64,000 nt of DNA from an uncultured Bacteroidota bacterium. GTDB lineage: Bacteria > Bacteroidota > Ignavibacteria > Ignavibacteriales > Ignavibacteriaceae. Location: the NCBI GenBank assembly GCA_963748105.1, contig CAVVHP010000022.1, positions 4,443-68,442 of the forward strand, given 5' to 3'. Shown here one piece after another: positions 49,126 through 57,836 of this stretch; position 1 is the stretch's first letter; the number at the start of each line of letters is the position of its first letter. The notes beneath the pieces were generated by a model. It did no database searches and had not been told where the DNA came from. It saw nothing but the letters and a program-made list of their open reading frames with translations. Both the position numbers and the translations under genes were made by a program.

Positions 49126-50498
49126 TATTTTAACTCCAATATTTTTACATGTGGTTCAACAAGTGACTTCGGAATCAGAGCCGGCCAATAAGCAACAACC
49201 TCACTAGGTTTTGGCCTTCCTCCGGCAAATCCTGTAACACTTGGCGGCCCGGTTAAAATAAGCGGTGCCAATTCTTTTCCAAATCTTTCAATTGCTGCTT
49301 TATCTTGCCCTCTGACTGCAAACCTCAGCATTACTTCATTTATTAGGTCTTCATCTAATTCTTTTGATAGCGGACCCTGAGTCGCATTGTATCCAATATA
49401 TTCAGTATTAATTTCATCAAATTTCAGCCCAAGATTTTCCAGCCTTTTCCTTAATATCCTGTCTGCTCTTTTAGCTTTGGATAAAGCTTTAGGCCAGGAA
49501 TATGTTAATGAACCAATAGCAGAATAACCGCTTGAATATGAACAAGATACTTTATAGAATTCAGTTTCTTTGAATCCTTTAACATTATATACTTTTACCC
49601 TGTTATCTCCAAGGTCTTCAAGTTTAATAGATGAAAAGTCTGCTACGCAATCGGGAGTGATATAAGATTTAGGATCACCAATTTCATAAACAAGTTGTTC
49701 AGCAACAGTATCATATGAAACCCGTCCACCGGTGTTTTCGTGTTTCGTAACTACCACTTCACCATTTGGATAAGCTTCCGCAATCGGGAAGCCTATTTCA
49801 GCAAAATTTTCTATCGATTCCCAATCACCGAGGAAATTTCCTCCGGTTGATTGTGCACCGCATTCGAGAATGTGACCTGCAACTGTGCCTGCAGCCATTA
49901 AATCATAATTTTTTGGGTCCCACCCGAATTCATAGATCATTGGAGCAAGTGTTAATCCTGTATCTGTGGTTCTCCCTGTAATTACAATATCGGCACCTTT
50001 TTCAAGTGCTTCAACAATTGGGAGAGCACCAAAATAAACATTTGCGCTAAGAATTCTATCTTTGTATTCTTTTATAGGTTCACCGTTTTCCATATTTTTT
50101 AATTCAGCGCCGGCTTCAAGTAATTCGTCCATCCTGTCTTTTATATCATCACCAAGTACAACAGCAATTTTTAGATTTTCAATATCTAATTTCACTGCTT
50201 CTTCCAGTATGGCATCTGCACAGGCAACAGGATTTACTCCACCGCCATTTGTAATTACTTTAATACCTTTTTCTTTGCAGATCGGTAAAAGTCTTTTCAT
50301 TAATGGAGGAAGATCACGCGCATAACCAAGATTTGGTTTTTTATTTTTTTGTTTCTGAAGAATGGACATTGTTACTTCTGCGAGATAGTCCATTACAAGA
50401 TAATCAACATCTCCTTTTGTAACCTGCTGATATGGCGCTTCTATGAGGTCGCCCCAAAAACCCTGACCGGATGCAATTCTAATTTTATCCTTCAACAA
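49125..50498 (-). CDS. AtuA-like protein (DUF1446, acyclic terpene utilisation family)
   Basis: 457 aa. The N-terminal IRIASGQGFWGDLIEAPYQQVTKGDVDYLVMDYLAEVTMSIL is characteristic of DUF1446/AtuA. Confidence 0.75.
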   Translation of the reverse strand: MLKDKIRIASGQGFWGDLIEAPYQQVTKGDVDYLVMDYLAEVTMSILQKQKNKKPNLGYARDLPPLMKRLLPICKEKGIKVITNGGGVNPVACADAILEEAVKLDIENLKIAVVLGDDIKDRMDELLEAGAELKNMENGEPIKEYKDRILSANVYFGALPIVEALEKGADIVITGRTTDTGLTLAPMIYEFGWDPKNYDLMAAGTVAGHILECGAQSTGGNFLGDWESIENFAEIGFPIAEAYPNGEVVVTKHENTGGRVSYDTVAEQLVYEIGDPKSYITPDCVADFSSIKLEDLGDNRVKVYNVKGFKETEFYKVSCSYSSGYSAIGSLTYSWPKALSKAKRADRILRKRLENLGLKFDEINTEYIGYNATQGPLSKELDEDLINEVMLRFAVRGQDKAAIERFGKELAPLILTGPPSVTGFAGGRPKPSEVVAYWPALIPKSLVEPHVKILELK

Positions 50499-50683
50499 AG
50501 ACTCCGTTTTTTAGTTTTGTGGAATTATTGGAATGTATTACTCCGAAAGGATACTATAAAAATATAGTAATGTTAATTTTTTAACCAGAGCTGAAAGTAT
50601 TCAGGCTACTTTGTAAAAAGAAATTCACAACAGTTCCAAAACCCTTAATATTAAATTCCTTTACAAAAATAGCCCTGAATATA

Positions 50684-51073
50684 TTAAATTACAATTGCTT
50701 TATATCCGTAGCAGTGGAGACCGGAAGCACCTTCATCCTGAATTTTTCTGAAAACCAGCTTCAGACTCATTCCTATCTTGACCTTATCTAGCTCAATATC
50801 CGCAATTTGAACCGTTAATCTCACCCCATCTTTTAATTCAATAATTCCCACTGCAAATGGTGTCTGGAGTGAAAATATATCTGAAGCAACTCTAATTATT
50901 GTATAAGTGAGTAATTTTCCTTCAGGATTTAACCTGATATTCTCAAATTCCTGAGCCTTACATTCCGGACAAATCAGCCGCGGAGGAAAATAAACCTGTC
51001 CGCATTTTTTACATTTACCTGCTTCCAGTCGATATCTTTGAGGTATTTCCCTGAAATATTTTGGACTAATCAT
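50684..51073 (-). CDS. DUF35 OB-fold/zinc-ribbon protein (thiolase-HMGCS scaffold type)
   Basis: The start is taken at MISPKYF (51073), a 4-nt ATGA overlap with the thiolase stop. It has a rubredoxin-like [18 protein letters not shown] followed by an OB fold. Confidence 0.85.
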   Translation of the reverse strand: MISPKYFREIPQRYRLEAGKCKKCGQVYFPPRLICPECKAQEFENIRLNPEGKLLTYTIIRVASDIFSLQTPFAVGIIELKDGVRLTVQIADIELDKVKIGMSLKLVFRKIQDEGASGLHCYGYKAIVI

Positions 51074-52221
51074 AATGCCTCCAGAATGTTTATTACACAA
51101 CTTGCTCCCGAACCGCCCATATTCTGAGCCATCCCAATTTTCGCATTCTTAACCTGTCGCTTTCCAGCCTGCCCGGTTAATTGCTCATAACATTCAATTA
51201 CCTGTGCAATGCCAGTAGCCCCGACAGGATGACCTTTTGATTTTAATCCACCGCTTGTGTTAATTGGAATTTGACCTCCTTCAAGAGCAGTAAGACCTTT
51301 CTCTGCAGCTGGACCTCCGCCACCTTTTTCAAAGAATCCAAGATCTTCTGAAACAACTATTTCAGCAATAGAAAAGCAGTCGTGAACTTCTGCAAAATCA
51401 ATTTGCTTTGGGGTAATTCCAGCCATCTTATAAGCTTTTTCAGCTGCTTTAGAAACAGAATTTAGAGTCGTTAGACTTTTTCTGCTATGTAACGCAATGG
51501 TATCAGAAGCCTGTGCAGATGCCTTAATAACTACTGGATTTTTAGTAAATTTTTTAGCGATATCTAAAGAACATAAAATTACGGCCGCACCACCATCACT
51601 TACAGGAGAACAATCAAGCAGTCTTAAAGGATCTGCGACTAATGTTGAATTGAGAACTTTATCAATAGATATTTCACTTCTGAATTGAGCATTTGGATTA
51701 TTGAATCCGTTTTTGTGATTTTTGACAGGGACTGTTGCCATTTGCTCTCTGGTAGTTTTATACTGATGCATATGGGCATTAGCTATCATTGCATAGAGAC
51801 CGGGAAAAGTCACTCCCTGGTAAACTTCATAATCCTGATCAGCTGCTGTTGCCAGAGCTTCTGTAACATCTGCGCCATCAGTCATCTTCTCTACACCACC
51901 AGCAAGAACAATATCACTGCTGCCCGATGCAACTTCCAGATATGCCTGCCTGAATGCCAATCCACCAGAAGCACAAGCTGATTCTACTCTTGTTGCCGGA
52001 ACCGGATTTATACCAAGATAGTCTGCCATTACAGCACCAAGGTGTTCCTGACCTACAAATAATCCGCTTGACATTGACCCAACGTACATTGAATCAATAT
52101 GATCGACATTAGCATTTTTAATTGCCATTAGAGCTGCTTCAACAAAAATATCTTTAATTGACTTGCTCCAGAGTTCACCAAACCTAGTCATCCCCACGCC
52201 AATTACTGCTACATCTTTCAT
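51070..52221 (-). CDS. Archaeal-type (SCP-x-like) acetoacetyl-CoA thiolase
   Basis: 383 aa with [16 protein letters not shown], the nucleophile region [13 protein letters not shown], and C-terminal GHPVGATG and NMGGSG. Confidence 0.88.
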   Translation of the reverse strand: MKDVAVIGVGMTRFGELWSKSIKDIFVEAALMAIKNANVDHIDSMYVGSMSSGLFVGQEHLGAVMADYLGINPVPATRVESACASGGLAFRQAYLEVASGSSDIVLAGGVEKMTDGADVTEALATAADQDYEVYQGVTFPGLYAMIANAHMHQYKTTREQMATVPVKNHKNGFNNPNAQFRSEISIDKVLNSTLVADPLRLLDCSPVSDGGAAVILCSLDIAKKFTKNPVVIKASAQASDTIALHSRKSLTTLNSVSKAAEKAYKMAGITPKQIDFAEVHDCFSIAEIVVSEDLGFFEKGGGGPAAEKGLTALEGGQIPINTSGGLKSKGHPVGATGIAQVIECYEQLTGQAGKRQVKNAKIGMAQNMGGSGASCVINILEAL

Positions 52222-52233
52222 TTTAATTCCCCC

Positions 52234-53281
52234 TTAATCGTTTAGGATAATTTTACTTCGGTACTTTGCATATTCACCATAATCAAGATATATCTGATTA
52301 TGGTCCAGCATCTCCCTTACTTTTGTAGCCTTATCCTGAACGTCTTTAATTTTATCAGTGACATTAAAAATGAATCCATCACTTCCGGCGCCTGAACCAA
52401 AGGAAACCATAAAGATTTTATCTCCGGGGTTTGCAACATCAAGAACAGCCGAAAGGCCTGTCGGGGAAGAGCCAGAATAAGTATTTCCCATCCAGGGAAC
52501 AATCCACCCTGTTTCAAGTTGTTCTTTGGTAAATCCTAATTTTTTTCCAGCCACTTGCGGAAATTTTCCGTTGGGCATATGAAAAACCGCATATTTAAAA
52601 TCTTCAGGGTTCATATTCGATTTTTCCAGTAACTTTTTACCGGCATTCAAAACATGCCTGAAATATGCAGGCTCACCAGTAAATCTTCCTGCGTGTCTGG
52701 GATAATACTGATGTTCACGCCTCCAGAAATCGGGAGTATCAGATGTGTATGAATTTGTAAAGAGAATTTCAGCAACAACATTTTCCTTGCCCATAATAAA
52801 TGCGGAACCACCAGCCGATGCTGAATATTCGAGCGCATCACCCGGGAGCTCCCTGCGAAGTATCTGCACCAATTCCGAGTGCATATTTCATTTCACCTGC
52901 TTTTACAAGGCTGTAAGCTACATACATAGCCTCTGTACCGGCTTTACAGGCAAATTCATAACTGGCAACATGTACATCCGGACCAATTCCAAGTGCATCA
53001 ATTACAATTGTTCCACTTGGTTTTACTGCATATGGATGTGATTCAGACCCAATATAAACAGCCCCAATATCCTGCGGATTAATACCAGCCCGTAGCAGTG
53101 CATTTTTTGCAGCTTCTACTGATATTGTAATTGTATCTTCATCGATGCCGGGAACTGTTTTTTCAAAAAGTTGTAAACCTCTTTTTATAACTTCGGGATC
53201 AGAGCCCCATTGCTTTGCGATGCTTTCAACTTTTATGCGGTAACGAGGTAGGTAAGAACCAAAGCCAACTATTCCAATCAT
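52234..53281 (-). pseudogene. Archaeal-type HMG-CoA synthase, reading frame interrupted by a single +1 shift at GGG-TGA (pseudogene, indel error or recoding)
   Basis: The N-terminal ORF (52838..53281) carries the catalytic-Cys region [12 protein letters not shown] and ends ..[13 protein letters not shown]. The +1 frame continues DALEYSASAGGSAF... with HMPNGKFP (His) and GNTYSGSS (Asn). Skipping one nt (T at 52840) restores the conserved ..QGAPGDALEY.. junction. Confidence 0.85.
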
Positions 53282-53389
53282 TTTGTTTCCCCTGATTTGT
53301 TTGGAAAATAGAGCTAACTACGTTCTGTATTTTTATACTAATTATAATATATCAAATTTTATTTTAGCAGTAAACAATTTTTACAGAGA

Positions 53390-54310
53390 TTATAAAAAAT
53401 TATCGGCAATTTTATTTGCTATTTGATTTATATCAGATTCCCTTTCAACTTTATGCCATATTATTCTTTCATCTTTTCTAAACCAGGTCATTTGTCTTTT
53501 GGCAAATCTTCTGGTATTTCTTTTTATCAGTTCAATTGCTCTTTCAAGAGGATATTCTTCTTCCAGGAATGAAATAATTTCTTTGTAACCTACTGTATTT
53601 AATGAATTAAGGCCCTTGTCATATCCTTTGTTTATTATCTTTCTCACTTCAACGATCAAACCCTTTTCAATCATTTCATCTACACGCTTTTCAATATTTT
53701 CATATAATATTTCTCTATTCCAGGTTAATCCATGCTGTTCAAATATGAATTCATCATTTCGTTTATATTTCTTCTGTAAATCGCCAATTTTCTCACCTGT
53801 TATGTGGTAAATTTCAAGCGCACGAATGACTCTTTTCCAGTTTGGCGGTTTCATTTTACCAGCACTTTCGGCATCAACTTTTTCTAATTTTTTATACAAA
53901 TACTCATTACCATATTTCTCTCTCAATTCAAATAAATTTTTTCTGAATTGCTCATCTGTATCAACTGAATTAAATATTCCATCGATCAGGGCTTTAACAT
54001 AAAGTCCTGATCCTCCAACAACAATCGGATTTTTTCCTTTAGTAAATATTCTATTTATAGTTTCAAGCGCTTCCTGTTCGAATTTACTAACATTAAATTC
54101 CTGGTCCGGGTTTAGCTCATTAACAAAATGGTGTTTATATTTTTGAAGTTCTTTTGAGGAAGGTTTCGCGGTACCTATATCAAGATATTTATAAATCTGC
54201 CTGCTATCAGCAGAGATGATTTCTCCTTTCAACTTTTCTGACAAAAGAATACCAAGCCTGGTTTTCCCTGAACAGGTGGGACCAACTATGCAGATTACTA
54301 TTCGTTCCAC
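53390..54310 (-). CDS. miaA: tRNA dimethylallyltransferase
   Basis: 306 aa with the P-loop GPTCSGKT and ISADSRQIYKYLDIGTAKPS. Confidence 0.92.
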   Translation of the reverse strand: MERIVICIVGPTCSGKTRLGILLSEKLKGEIISADSRQIYKYLDIGTAKPSSKELQKYKHHFVNELNPDQEFNVSKFEQEALETINRIFTKGKNPIVVGGSGLYVKALIDGIFNSVDTDEQFRKNLFELREKYGNEYLYKKLEKVDAESAGKMKPPNWKRVIRALEIYHITGEKIGDLQKKYKRNDEFIFEQHGLTWNREILYENIEKRVDEMIEKGLIVEVRKIINKGYDKGLNSLNTVGYKEIISFLEEEYPLERAIELIKRNTRRFAKRQMTWFRKDERIIWHKVERESDINQIANKIADNFL

Positions 54311-54936
54311 CCTTCCCTTCCAATCAAAGGCACAAACTTAAATTCAGGTACATCTTCTTCTTTGAAGTTTTCTTCATCCAGTTTAGTTATGATTTTTAGC
54401 TTTTGTGAATTTTTATCACCAACCGGGATGACAAGTTTACCGTTAAGGGCAAGTTGTTTTTTTAATGAAGGAGGTACAGAGGGAGAACCTGCTGTTACAA
54501 TTATTCCATCATACGGGGCATATTCACTCCAGCCAATTGTGCCATCGCCACATTTTGTTCTTACTCTTACACCAAGCTTATCAAAAAGTTTTTGTGTCTC
54601 TAGAAGGATGTCATAATTTCTTTCTATGCTAAAGACATCCATTCCCATCCTTTCAAGAATGGCGGCCTGGTACCCGGACCCCGTACCCAGTTCCAGGATT
54701 TTGTTACCCGGTTTTAATTTCAGTTCCTGTGTCATAAATGCAACAGTGTAGGGCTGGGAAATTGTCTGTCCGTAGCCTATAGGCAATGCCACATCATTGT
54801 ACGCAAAATGCTTCATTGCAGCCGGTACAAAATGATGCCTTTCAACTTCGCCTATTGCCTTCAGCACGGCAATATCGTGAATCCCTTTCATAGAAATCGT
54901 ATCAACAAGATCCTGTCTTCGGTTTTTATAAATCAT
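54298..54936 (-). CDS. pcm: Protein-L-isoaspartate O-methyltransferase
   Basis: 212 aa with QTISQPYTVAFM and the SAM motif LELGTGSGYQAAIL. Confidence 0.92.
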   Translation of the reverse strand: MIYKNRRQDLVDTISMKGIHDIAVLKAIGEVERHHFVPAAMKHFAYNDVALPIGYGQTISQPYTVAFMTQELKLKPGNKILELGTGSGYQAAILERMGMDVFSIERNYDILLETQKLFDKLGVRVRTKCGDGTIGWSEYAPYDGIIVTAGSPSVPPSLKKQLALNGKLVIPVGDKNSQKLKIITKLDEENFKEEDVPEFKFVPLIGREGWNE

Positions 54937-55030
54937 TTTCGTTAAATTATTTTTGTAAGTTACAAAGATAAAATAATAATATTAATTATTTGTCTGTTAA
55001 GGGAACAAAATAACCAGGGTAAAAAATCTG

Positions 55031-55549
55031 ATGATTGAAACAATAATTGGTGCCTTATTAATAATGGTTATGAGAATTTGCGATGTGACAATCGGAACAA
55101 TCAGGACTATTCTTGTAGTTCAGGGTAAAAAATATTATGCAGGATTTGCCGGATTTTTTGAGGTGCTTATATGGATTTTTGCAATCAGGTATATAATGCT
55201 GCATCTTGATAATATTCCGAATTTATTTGGTTACGCAACAGGCTTCGCACTCGGAAATATACTTGGAATAACCCTGGAACAGAAAATAGGCTTCGGATTT
55301 GCACAACTTACCATAATATCCAGGCATTTTACTGACAAAATAGCTGACACTTTAAGAAAATCGAAATATGGCGTTACAATTTTACCGGGTGAAGGTGGGG
55401 CTGGCGGAGTTTCAATTATAGCCTTAATTGTTCCCAGGAACAAACAAAGGAAAACAATTGCATTAATAGAGTCGATAGATAAAACTGCATTTATAACAAT
55501 TCAGCATTCATTACCTTATAAGGGGTTTAGGCATGGGGCAAGAAAATAG
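55031..55549 (+). CDS. UPF0316 / DUF2179 family membrane protein
   Basis: 172 aa. The N-terminus has 3 TM helices with MRICDVTIGTIRTILVVQGKK, and the C-terminus is a DUF2179 domain. Confidence 0.8.
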   Translation: MIETIIGALLIMVMRICDVTIGTIRTILVVQGKKYYAGFAGFFEVLIWIFAIRYIMLHLDNIPNLFGYATGFALGNILGITLEQKIGFGFAQLTIISRHFTDKIADTLRKSKYGVTILPGEGGAGGVSIIALIVPRNKQRKTIALIESIDKTAFITIQHSLPYKGFRHGARK

Positions 55550-55639
55550 ACATTTATGTGGCGAGTAACTTAAGAAGATGTTCCAAATAAACATAAGTTG
55601 CTGGAAAATTACTGAGTTATTTCAATTCAAAAAATATAT

Positions 55640-55825
55640 TTATAATATCCTTGTAAAACTTACATTCCCCTGAATCTTATTAACATTTGTTGCTTGCTGA
55701 ATATTTCTTTCACTGTGAAAACCACTTTTATCTTCCCAACCAACTGGTGCAGAATGGATTAGAAAATACATGAAAAGAAAAGATATTACTGAAATCGCAG
55801 CATAAATAATTATAAGTGACAGCAT
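55640..55825 (-). CDS. Small single-TM protein with GWED-xx-GFH motif (paralog A)
   Basis: 61 aa: MLSLIIIYAAISVISFLFMYFLIHSAPVGWEDKSGFHSERN... A GGAGAAAATATG SD is present. It has a clear paralog at 56520..56660 that is conserved at both protein and DNA level. Confidence 0.6.
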   Translation of the reverse strand: MLSLIIIYAAISVISFLFMYFLIHSAPVGWEDKSGFHSERNIQQATNVNKIQGNVSFTRIL

Positions 55826-56519
55826 ATTTTCTCCATTTAACTAATATTTTATTAATATATAGTCAAGTTATATGCCAAAAGATTACTTCAAATTAAGAAA
55901 GCTGAAAAACTCTGAATTTGTTAAAATTATACACAAATAATGAAAAATTTCTAGGATAAATTCTAACTCCCCCACCCAAATAAATTAAAATTACCGGTAA
56001 ATATGTCTGATAAAAAGGTAAAATATGCTACTTTTTGTGAAGGAAAACATACATTATAGCAAGTAATATCAATAAAATGATCTAAATTTTCTCTATATTA
56101 AGAATCACAATATTGCGTGCAGAAAATACTGGGTGCACGAAATATTTACGTAGTACTGACTATATAGTAAGTAGTCTTAAGAATATTTTAAACTCTATCT
56201 AAAATAATTATTGAATGTCAAAATGAAGTGGTAGAATGCTATTAGATTCATTATAAATAACTTTATTACAATTTTTGTGATTATATTTTTCCTGTTTTTA
56301 CTTTTAGGGATTTTTAATCTTTGTGTATAATTGCGAAAATCATTAAAGACAGGTTTAAACATTATTATGATTATTCGTACATCTTTTTCGTTTTAAAGAA
56401 ATTTGGTAAGCTAGAAACTGTATTGAAACTATTCAGGATTATTTGACTAATTAAATAAAAATGTAGATTGCGTAATATTTAAGATGTGGCAGGAAGTAAT
56501 AGTGTTAAGATTAGTAAAA

Positions 56520-56660
56520 CTAGATAGAATCCTTCAATTGAATCCCCTTATGAAAACCATCCTCATCTTCCCAACCTATGGCTGCAGTATGAATTAATAG
56601 AAGTGCAAATGGAAGGGAAATAAGGGAAAAGATCGGGTACATAATTGTTAAAGTTAGCAT
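56520..56660 (-). CDS. Small single-TM protein with GWED-xx-GFH motif (paralog B, not in ORF track)
   Basis: Hand-translated 46 aa: MLTLTIMYPIFSLISLPFALLLIHTAAIGWEDEDGFHKGIQLKDSI, with the stop at 56522-56520. It shares ML-x-L-x-I-x-Y, LIH(S/T)A and GWED-xx-GFH with paralog A, and an upstream TTAGTTAAA element. Confidence 0.55.
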   Translation of the reverse strand: MLTLTIMYPIFSLISLPFALLLIHTAAIGWEDEDGFHKGIQLKDSI

Positions 56661-56800
56661 ATGAGCTCTCTTAATATATTTTAACTAAAATAAACTTTCG
56701 TCAGGGTATTCTATTAAATTACTAATAATTATTTTAGATTCCAAAATAATTTGGTTTGCTGGTCGTAATGCTTCTAATTAAAAAATTATACCTATTTTCG

Positions 56801-56874
56801 AGGCGCCGGTCGGATTCGAACCGACGAATAAAGGTTTTGCAGACCTTCGCCTTAAACCACTTGGCCACAGCGCC
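56801..56874 (-). tRNA. tRNA-Cys (anticodon GCA)
   Basis: Minus-strand GGCGCTGTGGCCAAGTGGTTTAAGGCGAAGGTCTGCAAAACCTTTATTCGTCGGTTCGAATCCGACCGGCGCCT. The anticodon loop is CTGCAAA. Confidence 0.9.
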
Positions 56875-56928
56875 ATATTATACGACAATAATAATCGTAT
56901 TCAATGTAAGCATTATTTTAAAAAATTA

Positions 56929-56948
56929 AAATCCACATCAGTGGATTT
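56929..56948 (-). terminator. Hairpin/terminator between tRNA-Gly and tRNA-Cys
   Basis: AAATCCAC-atca-GTGGATTT, followed on the minus strand by a T-rich tract (TAATTTTTTAAAA). Confidence 0.5.
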
Positions 56949-56952
56949 CTTG

Positions 56953-57027
<75 letters not shown>

Positions 57028-57197
57028 AAAACCTTTTTAAGAACTAATCTTGAAACTTTTTATCAAAACGAGCGTGTCAAATATAATATTGTAATTACTT
57101 TCTTGCAATAATTTCAGCAAAAATAAAGCTAATTTTTGTCAGGAGAGTCCCTTTTTTTTATTAAATTACTGGTATAAACTTACTCACACTATTATCT

Positions 57198-57836
57198 ATG
57201 AATTATATATTAAGTGCAATTATAGGCTATTTGCTGGGATCTATACCAACAGCCTATATTTTGTTGAAAAAGACACATAACCTTGATGTTACCCAAACAG
57301 GCTCAGGAAACGCGGGTGCAATGAATTCTTTTGAAATTACGAATTCTAAATTTGTCGGGCTTATTGTTCTGGTAATTGATGCTTTGAAAGGTCTGTTAAG
57401 CGTTTATCTCTGTTTACTGGTATTCCCACTAAATTTTGTATATCCGGCAATCGCATTATTTTTTGCTGTATTTAGCCATTGTTTTAATCCGTGGCTAAAC
57501 TTTAAAGGCGGAAGAGGGCTCGCGACAGCAGCAGGTGGAGCAGCACTACTCTCTCCATTAATTTTAATTTCGTGGGGAGCCCTTTGGGTTTTGCTATTTC
57601 TATTAAAAAAAGACATTTTAATTGCAAATGTTGGAGCCACAATACTAACAATCTTCTTTGCACTTTCTTCAATAGATTTAATATTCAATTATACATACCC
57701 TACTCCCGATTCTTACAGCGCTCTTGTATTATTTTCTTCAGGTTTGTTAACAATAATATTTATTAAACATATTGAACCATTAAAAGAGATTATTTCTAAA
57801 TTCAAAAATCCAGGTAAAGGAAAAAAAAATGAATAA
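57198..57836 (+). CDS. plsY: Glycerol-3-phosphate acyltransferase PlsY
   Basis: 212 aa and polytopic, with GYLLGSIPTAYIL, GSGNAGAMN and FKGGRGLATAAG motifs. Confidence 0.9.
   Translation: MNYILSAIIGYLLGSIPTAYILLKKTHNLDVTQTGSGNAGAMNSFEITNSKFVGLIVLVIDALKGLLSVYLCLLVFPLNFVYPAIALFFAVFSHCFNPWLNFKGGRGLATAAGGAALLSPLILISWGALWVLLFLLKKDILIANVGATILTIFFALSSIDLIFNYTYPTPDSYSALVLFSSGLLTIIFIKHIEPLKEIISKFKNPGKGKKNE

Noticed and set aside
52317-53041. Small ORFs 52317..52517 (-), 52647..52841 (-) and 52745..53041 (+) around the HMGCS junction.
   Set aside because: They are alternative-frame or antisense shadows within the HMGCS coding region. The two HMGCS-homologous frames explain the region.
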